Part shown: in pieces, positions 10,442-17,454 of the stretch
Position numbering within the stretch: position 1 is the first letter of the stretch
How the letters are laid out: each line of letters starts with the position of its first letter
From: Acidobacteriota bacterium
GTDB lineage: Bacteria; Acidobacteriota; Vicinamibacteria; Vicinamibacterales; CAVVIG01
NCBI GenBank assembly: GCA_023265105.1
Contig: JAHFUJ010000005.1
Location: forward strand, 1 to 47,264
Direction: 5' to 3'
Length of the DNA: 47,264 bases
Position numbers and translations under genes: made by a program
The notes under the pieces: model-generated
Database searches by the model: none
What the model was told of the DNA's origin: nothing
Seen by the model: only the letters and a program-made list of their open reading frames with translations

Positions 10442-12418
10442 CTACGGCTCGCGCGCTCGGCGTAGCGCGTACACACGCCCCGCGGCGTCGGCGTAGCGGA
10501 GCTCGAGCGCTCCCTGGAACGCTTCGATTCGACGCTCCACCCGCGCCCATTCACCCGGCGGATACAGATCGGTGTGCACGACCACGTAGTCGACACGAAA
10601 CTGTGTCAGCGAGCGCAGGCTATCCTCGTCCGGGAATCGCGTCAGCCGTTCGTACAAGTCCAGGTGAAGAGGCGGCTGAAGCCCGCTCCAGCCGTGGACG
10701 GTTTTCTGCCAATGCGCCATGGAGTGCAACATGTACTCTGCCTGTCGCTTCTCGAATTCCGATGCCCGCCTGGGATCGGGCCGCAGCACCGGCACCTCTG
10801 CGATGGTAAACGGTGTCGGCTGCCGTTCGAGCCAGCGATCGGCCGGCGGAATGGTCACACGGTATGGTGTCGGGTCGAGAGGGACTGCAAATTCAGCGAC
10901 GAGAAGAGCCGCGACAATCGCGGCAACCACAAGACGTGTGGAGGTAGCCAGGCGCCTGCTGGCGCGCTCGAATCCAGCCCCCGCCAGCACGCTCAGGCCG
11001 AGCACCGCGAGCAGGATGAAGCGGGACGGCGCGCGGATGAAATTGAAGCCCGGTAGCCAATAAACGAAGCGCCACAGTCCGAGCGGGGGCCCGATGGCGA
11101 GCCCGACGCTGAGCAAGACCAGCAACACGTAAAATGTCGTCGCATCCTGCCGACGCGTGGCCAGCCACCCCCTGAACCTGTTCACCACGCCGATCGCGCG
11201 AGGAACGACGGCGAATGGCGCCTGCCTGGAGATTCCGACCCGGACGGCCGCGCACATGGCGGCCGCGAACCACGCGCGCGACGGCGCTCGTGCCGAGAAG
11301 AAGACGATGGTCCCCAGCTTCAGGCGAAGGGGCCCCCGAACGCTGACGAGAACGGCGATCAACGTGCTCGCGAGGAAGGCGATCTCGGCTGCGAGGGCCG
11401 CGCGGGTCCACCGGTTTGAGTGCCCGGACGCACTCGACATCGCGGGGGCCCGTGGCAAGAGCGCGAGAGTGGCGAGCAACAGCGGAAGATATCCGGGGAA
11501 CAAGTACGCGCCGGCGTTCTGGTTGATCTGGGCGTCGGGGAACAGTCGCGCCAGCAGCAGACTGTGCACGTAAGTGGGCGAGGCCAGAAGGTCCGTGGGA
11601 CCGACGATCAACCAGTCGGCCAGCGCTCGCTTCGACCCCATGTCCGCCTGCACCCGAGCGTAAGTCAGACCGATCAGCACGACCGGCGCCAGCAAGAGCG
11701 CGCCGCCGGCTCCGAAGTCGCCCACGCGCCTCTTGAGCGCCAGCGGTTCACCCAGCACCACGCGATAGCCGACGAGGGCCGCGGCTGCGAGCGCCAGAAA
11801 GACCGCGCCGTGGCCGCTTGTCAACGCCTGCAGGGTGAGGAAGAACACCGCCATGCGAAGATCGAACCGGTTGCCCTCGTCAAGGTACGTGTGCAGGTAC
11901 GCGAGGCCGAACGGCACCCACGCGATCGTGGTGAGGAAGAGCTGGTCCAGCCGCAGAAAACGGGGCGGCGCAAACGCGAAGATCACGCCGCTCAGCACCG
12001 CCGCGGGCGATCCGACGCCGACTCGCCGAGCCAGCACGTACGCGCCGATACCACACAGCAGGCACGACAGCAACGCGACGAGGTTCATCGCGAGGACCGG
12101 ATTGTCTGTCAGCCACAGGATCGGGGCGGCGAAGATGCCGCTGCCGATGAGGTTCTCGGAGTACGCGAGCGTGCGGGGCTGTGGAGAGAAGATGTTCGCG
12201 TCGAAGATCGAGAACGGATGATGGGTGAACGCATATGTGTCCCACGAAAGCGCCCAGAGAAAGAAGTCGGTGTCGGCGTTGACTGACAGAACGCTGTCAG
12301 CGGCGTGGCGAGCGAGGGGGTAGGCGAGCGCCACGGTGAGCGCGGCGTACAGCAGTGCGGCGTGGCCCGTGCGAAACGCTCCCGGGTTGTGCCGTGGAGG
12401 ACGTCGGTCGCCACGCAT
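10442..12418 (-). CDS. Large polytopic membrane protein, GT-C-fold glycosyltransferase-like
   Basis: 658 aa with more than 10 predicted TM segments. An acidic motif NADTDFF sits in the first extracytoplasmic loop after TM1, and a soluble C-terminal domain follows. Family assignment is inference. Confidence 0.75.
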   Translation of the reverse strand: MRGDRRPPRHNPGAFRTGHAALLYAALTVALAYPLARHAADSVLSVNADTDFFLWALSWDTYAFTHHPFSIFDANIFSPQPRTLAYSENLIGSGIFAAPILWLTDNPVLAMNLVALLSCLLCGIGAYVLARRVGVGSPAAVLSGVIFAFAPPRFLRLDQLFLTTIAWVPFGLAYLHTYLDEGNRFDLRMAVFFLTLQALTSGHGAVFLALAAAALVGYRVVLGEPLALKRRVGDFGAGGALLLAPVVLIGLTYARVQADMGSKRALADWLIVGPTDLLASPTYVHSLLLARLFPDAQINQNAGAYLFPGYLPLLLATLALLPRAPAMSSASGHSNRWTRAALAAEIAFLASTLIAVLVSVRGPLRLKLGTIVFFSARAPSRAWFAAAMCAAVRVGISRQAPFAVVPRAIGVVNRFRGWLATRRQDATTFYVLLVLLSVGLAIGPPLGLWRFVYWLPGFNFIRAPSRFILLAVLGLSVLAGAGFERASRRLATSTRLVVAAIVAALLVAEFAVPLDPTPYRVTIPPADRWLERQPTPFTIAEVPVLRPDPRRASEFEKRQAEYMLHSMAHWQKTVHGWSGLQPPLHLDLYERLTRFPDEDSLRSLTQFRVDYVVVHTDLYPPGEWARVERRIEAFQGALELRYADAAGRVYALRRAREP

Positions 12419-12437
12419 GTGGTGTGGGGAGATTAGA

Positions 12438-12513
12438 TGGTGGCGAGGGGCAGAATTGAACTGCCGACACTACGATTTTCAGTCGTATGCTCTACCAACT
12501 GAGCTACCTCGCC
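12438..12513 (-). tRNA. tRNA-Phe (anticodon GAA), CCA encoded
   Basis: The reverse strand reads GGCGAGG TA GCTC AGTTGGTA GAGC A TACGA CTGAAAA TCGTA GTGTC GGCAG TTCAATT CTGCC CCTCGCC A CCA. This is a full cloverleaf with GAA in a 7-nt loop. Confidence 0.95.
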
Positions 12514-12577
12514 ACGCAGGAATTGCTCTCAGGAGGGACCAAAAATCATAGCATGCGCCTGTCGGCCAGACAAAGCT

Positions 12578-12667
12578 CTACCACGGAGATCACGGCAAAC
12601 AAGAACAGAGGCCACAGGCCACAATATCTACCGTGTTCCCCCGTTGCTTCCGTGTGACCCGTGGTAG
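12578..12667. repeat. Long hairpin of CACGG-type units, perfect termini CTACCACGG / CCGTGGTAG
   Basis: ctaccacggagatcacggc ... ccgtgttcccccgttgcttccgtgtgacccgtggtag. A related element with ACCACGGAG/CTCCGTGGT termini lies at 23239-23336. Confidence 0.8.
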
Positions 12668-12674
12668 CGCTTTG

Positions 12675-13721
12675 TTATCCGACGGTCGCCACTTCCGCTT
12701 CGCGGGTGAGACCCAATTCGCGGCGGACACGTTCCTCGATCGCTTTGCAGACGTCTGGATTGTCTTTCAGGAACTGCTTCGAGTTCTCGCGGCCTTGGCC
12801 GAGCCGTTCGCCGCCGTACGCGAACCACGCGCCGCTCTTTTCGACGATCCGCTTGTCGACGGCGAGATCGAGCAGATCGCCGGTGCGCGAGATCCCTTCG
12901 CCGTACATCACGTCGAATTCCGCCTCGCGGAATGGCGGCGCGACCTTGTTCTTGACCACCTTCACGCGCGTGCGCCCGCCGACCACGACGTCGCCGTCCT
13001 TGATGCTGGCGATGCGCCGGATGTCGATGCGCACCGACGCATAGAACTTCAGGGCGCGCCCCCCGGTCGTCGTTTCGGGGTTGCCGAACATGACGCCGAT
13101 TTTTTCGCGCAACTGGTTGATGAAGATCAGGCAGGTCTTCGACTTCGACACGACGCCGGTGAGCTTGCGAAGCGCCTGCGACATCAGACGCGCTTGCAGC
13201 CCCATCTGCGCCTCGCCCATCTCGCCTTCGATTTCCGCCCTGGGGACGAGCGCCGCGACCGAGTCGACCACGACCACATCGACGCCGCCGGAACGGATGA
13301 GCACCTCGACGATCTCGAGCGCCTGCTCGCCGTTGTCGGGCTGCGACACGAGCAGGTTGTCGAGGTCGACGCCCAGCTTCTGCGCGTACGCGGCGTCCAG
13401 GGCGTGTTCGGCGTCGACGAAGGCGGCCATGCCGCCCAGCTTTTGCGCTTCCGCAATCACCTGCAGCGCCAGCGTCGTCTTGCCCGACGATTCCGGCCCG
13501 AAGATTTCGACGACCCGGCCGCGCGGGACGCCGCCGACACCGAGCGCGTAATCGATGCTGATGGCGCCAGTGGGAATCGCATCGATCGGCTGAATTGCGC
13601 CCTTTTGGCCAAGGCGCATGATCGAGCCCTTCCCGAATTGTTTTTCGATTTGACCGACCGCCAAATCGACGGCTTTGAGGCGTTCGCGGTCCTGGCGATC
13701 GTCGCGTTCAACTAGCGGCAT
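12675..13721 (-). CDS. recA: Recombinase RecA
   Basis: [19 protein letters not shown], Walker [22 protein letters not shown] and the [23 protein letters not shown] loop L2 region are all present. Confidence 0.98.
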   Translation of the reverse strand: MPLVERDDRQDRERLKAVDLAVGQIEKQFGKGSIMRLGQKGAIQPIDAIPTGAISIDYALGVGGVPRGRVVEIFGPESSGKTTLALQVIAEAQKLGGMAAFVDAEHALDAAYAQKLGVDLDNLLVSQPDNGEQALEIVEVLIRSGGVDVVVVDSVAALVPRAEIEGEMGEAQMGLQARLMSQALRKLTGVVSKSKTCLIFINQLREKIGVMFGNPETTTGGRALKFYASVRIDIRRIASIKDGDVVVGGRTRVKVVKNKVAPPFREAEFDVMYGEGISRTGDLLDLAVDKRIVEKSGAWFAYGGERLGQGRENSKQFLKDNPDVCKAIEERVRRELGLTREAEVATVG

Positions 13722-14007
13722 GCGGCTCTCCTTTGGACAAGCCTACGAAAACAACCGCAGCGCTCGCTGAGATGGCCGAGCGCACTTGTTTCTCAACGTG
13801 TGCTCTGCGTACTCTGCGGTCAACGTGCCTGGCCAAACGCTGGCTATTCTAAAGGCGTGCCGAGCGAAAGTCAATCGCAAAAACGTGCATGTTCATCAGG
13901 AACTGACTACGTAACAGTCACTTACGAGACCTGAGACTTTCGCCCCTCAGGCTGGAGTTTGCAGTTTCTGCCGCAATGGCGCCTGTGAAGGAGTGATAAA
14001 AGAGCAC

Positions 14008-14571
14008 ATGCCAAGTTCTGTCGGACATGTCATGGCCGGCGTCGCGGCCGCCTGGGCCGCGGACCTCGTCCCCGGGCGCCGGGCCAGGCGGTCGGCGCCA
14101 CGAACGGCGTCGTGGTATTCGCGCGCGGGGAACGGCCTGACCGCGGCGTGCGCGCTCGTTGGCGCCGCGCCGGACCTCGATCTCGTGTTTCACATCCACC
14201 GAACCTTCACGCACAGCGCCGGCGCGGTGATCTTCGTGGGGTTGTGTGCGGCCGCGCTGGCGGCGAACGCCGAGCGTCCGATTGCGCGCGTCGCGCTCAT
14301 GTGCGCGGGGGCGTACGGCTCGCACTTGCTGCTCGATTGGCTCGCGGCTGATTCGTCTTCGCCGTTCGGCCTCCAGGTGCTGTGGCCGTTCAGCGATGGG
14401 TGGTTTATCTCTGGGTGGAATGTGTTCCCTCAGACCGCGCGCCGCAATTTCCTGACGCTCGCGGTGGTCGGCCAAAATCTGCGGGCCGTCGCACAAGAGG
14501 TGGCGATTCTCGGGCCGCTACTCGTCGGGTTGTGGGTAGTCCGGGCAAGGGCGCTGGCCCGCACCGATTAA
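14008..14571 (+). CDS. YdjM-like membrane-bound metal-dependent hydrolase (DUF457)
   Basis: HVMAGVAAAW, HRTFTHS and GSHLLLDWL histidine motifs lie in a 4-5 TM protein. The gene is divergent from recA. Start is taken at ATG 14008; GTG 13993 directly abuts the AAGGAG. Confidence 0.7.
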   Translation: MPSSVGHVMAGVAAAWAADLVPGRRARRSAPRTASWYSRAGNGLTAACALVGAAPDLDLVFHIHRTFTHSAGAVIFVGLCAAALAANAERPIARVALMCAGAYGSHLLLDWLAADSSSPFGLQVLWPFSDGWFISGWNVFPQTARRNFLTLAVVGQNLRAVAQEVAILGPLLVGLWVVRARALARTD

Positions 14572-14594
14572 CGCTGGCGTGAAACCCACGCTGG

Positions 14595-14650
14595 CCACGA
14601 AGTCACGAAAGCACGAAGAAGACCTGTTTTTCTTTTTCGTGTTTTCGTGG
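14595..14650. repeat. CACGAA-unit hairpin between convergent genes
   Basis: ccacgaagtcacgaaagcacgaagaaga cctg tttttctttttcgtgttttcgtgg. Confidence 0.75.
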
Positions 14651-14696
14651 TTGCATTTGTGCCCTGCGGGCTCCGCGGTGTCTGCGTTGCTCGTCG

Positions 14697-15878
14697 TTAC
14701 ACGCGCTCGACCGCGAGCGCGACACCGTTGCCGCCGCCGAGGCAAAGCGTTGCGATGCCGCGCGTGAGGTTGCGCTGCTTGAGCGCATAAAGAAGCGTCG
14801 TCAGGATGCGGCCGCCGCTCGAGCCGATCGCGTGGCCCAGCGCGACGGCGCCGCCGTTGACGTTCACTTTCGCCGGATCGATGCCGAGCTCGTTGAGCAC
14901 GGCCACCGCTTGAACGGCGAACGCCTCGTTCAGCTCGAACAGATCCACGTCCTGGAGATTCCAGCCGATCTTTTGCGACAGCCGGCGGACCGCCTCGACC
15001 GGCGTCATGAGCACCAATTTCGGCGGCAGCCCGCTCGTCGCCTGTCCGACGATGCGCGCGAGAGGTGACAGGCCGAGCGCCTTGGCGCGTTCCGCCGCCA
15101 TCACCACCAGCGCGGAGGCGCCGTCGTTGACGCCCGGTGCGTTGCCTGCGGTCACCGAACCGTTTTCCTTGAAGGCTGGTTTCAGCGTCGCGAGCGATTC
15201 CACCGTCGCTTCCGGCCGAATCGGCTCGTCGCGGTCGATGACGGTCGGCGCGCCTTTTTTCTGCGGAATGGAAATCGGCAGCATTTCCTCCTTGAAGCGT
15301 CCCGCCGCGGCGGCCGCCGCTGCTTTCTGGTGACTGCGGGCGGCGTACTCATCCTGCGCCTGACGGCCGACGTTGTATCGTTCGGCGACAACTTCGCCGG
15401 CGTTGCCCATGTGGCACTGCTCGAAGGCGCACCAGAGGCCATCGTTGATCATCGAGTCGACGACCTCGCCGTTGCCCAGCCGCAACCCCTCGCGCACGCG
15501 CGGCAACAGATACGGACAGTTGCTCATCGATTCCATCCCGCCGGCGACCGCGATGTCGATGTCGCCGGTCGCGACGCCCTGCGCGGCGAGCATGACCGCC
15601 TTCAGGCCCGATCCGCAGACTTTGTTAATCGTGAGCGCGGCGACATGATCGGGCAGACCGCCTTTGAGCGCCGCCTGTCGTGCCGGATTCTGGCCGATCC
15701 CGGCCGAGACGACGTTGCCCATGATGCATTCGTCAACCATCGCCGGATCGACGCCGGCGCGGCGGACGGCTTCGGCGACGGCGAGCGCCCCCAGCTCGGG
15801 CGCCGTGAGCGCTTTGAGCGCGCCCAGGAACTTGCCGATCGGCGTGCGGACGGCGCTGACGATGACGGATTCATGCAT
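14697..15878 (-). CDS. Acetyl-CoA C-acetyltransferase (thiolase II)
   Basis: [13 protein letters not shown], the active-site region [12 protein letters not shown], and C-terminal [17 protein letters not shown]...CLGGGNGVA are present. Confidence 0.95.
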   Translation of the reverse strand: MHESVIVSAVRTPIGKFLGALKALTAPELGALAVAEAVRRAGVDPAMVDECIMGNVVSAGIGQNPARQAALKGGLPDHVAALTINKVCGSGLKAVMLAAQGVATGDIDIAVAGGMESMSNCPYLLPRVREGLRLGNGEVVDSMINDGLWCAFEQCHMGNAGEVVAERYNVGRQAQDEYAARSHQKAAAAAAAGRFKEEMLPISIPQKKGAPTVIDRDEPIRPEATVESLATLKPAFKENGSVTAGNAPGVNDGASALVVMAAERAKALGLSPLARIVGQATSGLPPKLVLMTPVEAVRRLSQKIGWNLQDVDLFELNEAFAVQAVAVLNELGIDPAKVNVNGGAVALGHAIGSSGGRILTTLLYALKQRNLTRGIATLCLGGGNGVALAVERV

Positions 15879-15884
15879 AAAATG

Positions 15885-15979
15885 AGGTTCACAAGTTCTC
15901 GAGGTTCACAAGGTTCTCGAGGTTCGCCAGGTTCTCGGGGTTCGAGGTTCGGTTCAAAGTTCCGGGTTCGGGGTTCGCA
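15885..15979. repeat. Direct tandem array of about 12 GGTTC-containing 7-9 nt units
   Basis: gaggttcacaagttctc gaggttcacaaggttctc gaggttcgccaggttctc ggggttcgaggttcggttcaaagttccgggttcggggttcgc. It overlaps the last codons of the DUF721 gene. Confidence 0.8.
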
Positions 15980-16244
15980 CGGTGATGCTCGTGATAGTGT
16001 CCTTGCCGAGAAGCGTCTGGAGCCGCGTGAGGATGAGATCGGCGGAACGCGTCACCTCGCGCGCCCACTGCGGGCCCGAGGCTTCGACCACGAGCACTCG
16101 GCCGTCCAGCTTGACGGATGTCACGCGATCGACGGCCGGTCCGACCGCCGCTCGCCACGCAAACCCGACCTTGCCGGGCGAGAGCGGCGTCCCGCGAAGC
16201 AGTTCGACGAGCGCGCCGGGCACTGCGTGAATAATGGGCCGCAT
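15954..16244 (-). CDS. DUF721 (DciA-like) small protein
   Basis: GKVGFAWRAAVGPAVDRVTSVKLDGRVLVVEASGPQWAREVTRSADLILTRL matches the DUF721 pattern. Start is taken at ATG 16244; the longer track ORF N-terminus is encoded by the GAACC repeat. Confidence 0.7.
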   Translation of the reverse strand: MRPIIHAVPGALVELLRGTPLSPGKVGFAWRAAVGPAVDRVTSVKLDGRVLVVEASGPQWAREVTRSADLILTRLQTLLGKDTITSITVRTPNPEL

Positions 16245-16247
16245 GAC

Positions 16248-16281
16248 GAACCCCTGAACCCTGAACGCTGAACCGAGAACC
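16248..16281. repeat. GAACC-unit array, reverse complement of the 15885-15979 array
   Basis: gaacccc tgaaccc tgaacgc tgaaccg agaacc. Together with 15885-15979 it brackets the DUF721 gene in inverted orientation. Confidence 0.7.
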
Positions 16282-16299
16282 ATTCGATCTTATCATTCA

Positions 16300-17049
16300 G
16301 TGATGCGCCTGATTCTGGCGTCCGCGTCGCCGCGCCGGGCCGAGTTGTTGCGCGCCGCCGGTTTTCCCTTCGAGACCTGTGCCGTTGATGTCGACGAGCG
16401 TGTGCGCGCCGGAGAAACGGCCGCGTCCTACGTGCGGCGGCTCGCGGCGGAGAAGTCGGCGCTGGCGGCGATTGCGGTCCACGGGCCGGCTAGAGAAGGT
16501 CCGGCTAAAGCCGGACGCCACGTACTGAATGGTCCGGCTGAAGCCGGACGCCACGGACAGGAAGGTCCGGCTAAAGCCGGACACTACGTACAGACTCACA
16601 ACGTACAGACTCACCCACCAAGTACGGCACAGCAAGTCGTCGTCCTTGGCGCGGACACGGCCGTCGTCATCGACGGCGAGATCCTGGGAAAACCGCGCGA
16701 CAACGGCGACGCCGCGGCAATGCTTCGGCGTCTTTCCGGACGCCGCCACGACGTGATGACCGGCGTCAGCGTGCGGGTGGGCGTTCAGGAAGTCGGTCGT
16801 GTCGAGACGACAGCCGTGTATTTCGTGCCGCTTAGCCCCGCCGAAATCGCGTGGTATGTGGCGAGTGGGGAAGGTCGGGACAAAGCGGGAGCGTACGCGG
16901 CCCAGGGGCTTGCCTCGCGCTTCATCCCCCGGATCGAGGGGTCGTACTCGAACGTTGTCGGTCTGCCGCTCGGGTGCGTGTACGAGTTGCTAAAGGAGCT
17001 CGGCGTGGACTATTCTGGTGGGCAATCCGGTTCCGGGAAGTCCTTATGA
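16300..17049 (+). CDS. maf: Maf-family nucleoside triphosphate pyrophosphatase carrying a ~47-aa repeat-derived insertion
   Basis: LILASASPRRAELL, VLGADTAVVIDGEILGKPRD, MLRRLSGRRHDVMTGV and DKAGAYAAQG are present. The protein is 249 aa against a usual ~190-200 aa. The extra segment HGPAREGPAKAGRHVLNGPAEAGRHGQEGPAKAGHYVQTHNVQTH maps to the repeats at 16499-16614. Confidence 0.9.
   Translation: MMRLILASASPRRAELLRAAGFPFETCAVDVDERVRAGETAASYVRRLAAEKSALAAIAVHGPAREGPAKAGRHVLNGPAEAGRHGQEGPAKAGHYVQTHNVQTHPPSTAQQVVVLGADTAVVIDGEILGKPRDNGDAAAMLRRLSGRRHDVMTGVSVRVGVQEVGRVETTAVYFVPLSPAEIAWYVASGEGRDKAGAYAAQGLASRFIPRIEGSYSNVVGLPLGCVYELLKELGVDYSGGQSGSGKSL
16499..16614 (+). repeat. Three tandem GTCCGGC-NNNN-GCCGGAC hairpin plus (G/A)C(C/T)ACG(T/G)AC elements, then 2x GTACAGACTCAC, inside maf
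   Basis: Hairpins lie at 16499-16516, 16532-16549 and 16565-16582, with tails gccacgtac, gccacggac and actacgtac. Spacing is 33 nt. Confidence 0.9.
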
Positions 17050-17453
17050 CACATCGATATATCAAAATAGGCGTGACGAGCGTCGTACTGGTGGTCGCCT
17101 TCGCCGGCCTGCTGTGGTCCACGCTGCGCGAGGGGACCGAATACTACAAGCACGTCGACGAAGTGATGACCAGTCCGCAGGACTGGGAAGGGAAGCGGCT
17201 GCAGCTCCACGGTTTTGTCGTCCCCGAGTCGATTCTCCGCAAGCGTGACTCGCTCGATTACAAGTTCAAGGTGCAGAACAAAGGTCAGGTCGTCGAGGCG
17301 TCGTACAACGGCATTGTCCCCGACACGTTCAAGGATGACGCGGAGGTCGTGCTGAAAGGGCGGCTGTCGTCGGACGGTTTCCGCGTGGAGCCGAACGGCG
17401 TGATGGCGAAGTGTCCATCCAAGTACGAGCCGGCGAAGAAATCGGTTTCATAA
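17046..17453 (+). CDS. ccmE: Cytochrome c maturation heme chaperone CcmE, CxxxY variant
   Basis: An N-terminal membrane anchor is followed by an OB-fold region (LQLHGFVV, VPDTFKDDAEVVLKGRL). The heme-binding position reads VMAKCPSKYE instead of the canonical AKHDENY. The ATG overlaps the maf stop (ATGA). Confidence 0.9.
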   Translation: MTHRYIKIGVTSVVLVVAFAGLLWSTLREGTEYYKHVDEVMTSPQDWEGKRLQLHGFVVPESILRKRDSLDYKFKVQNKGQVVEASYNGIVPDTFKDDAEVVLKGRLSSDGFRVEPNGVMAKCPSKYEPAKKSVS

Positions 17454-17454
17454 A

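Noticed and set aside
13881-13894. GAACATGCACGTTT as a Gram-positive type SOS box upstream of recA
   Set aside because: The second half-site is ACGT/GTTT rather than GTTC at the N4 spacing. It matches none of the LexA box classes I know. It is kept only as context in the recA/ydjM finding.
16499-16591. Possible CRISPR array (33-nt period here; 30-nt period at 30471-30590)
   Set aside because: The units abut with no unique spacers, only 3-4 copies exist, they lie inside intact CDSs, and no cas genes are present.
16297-16749. Minus-strand ORF with VVSGFSRTF repeats, and minus ORF 20140..20817 with TKDTKDTK
   Set aside because: The reading frames are kept open only by the palindromic or tandem repeat DNA. 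They lie antisense to maf and to the ccm-embedded genes respectively.
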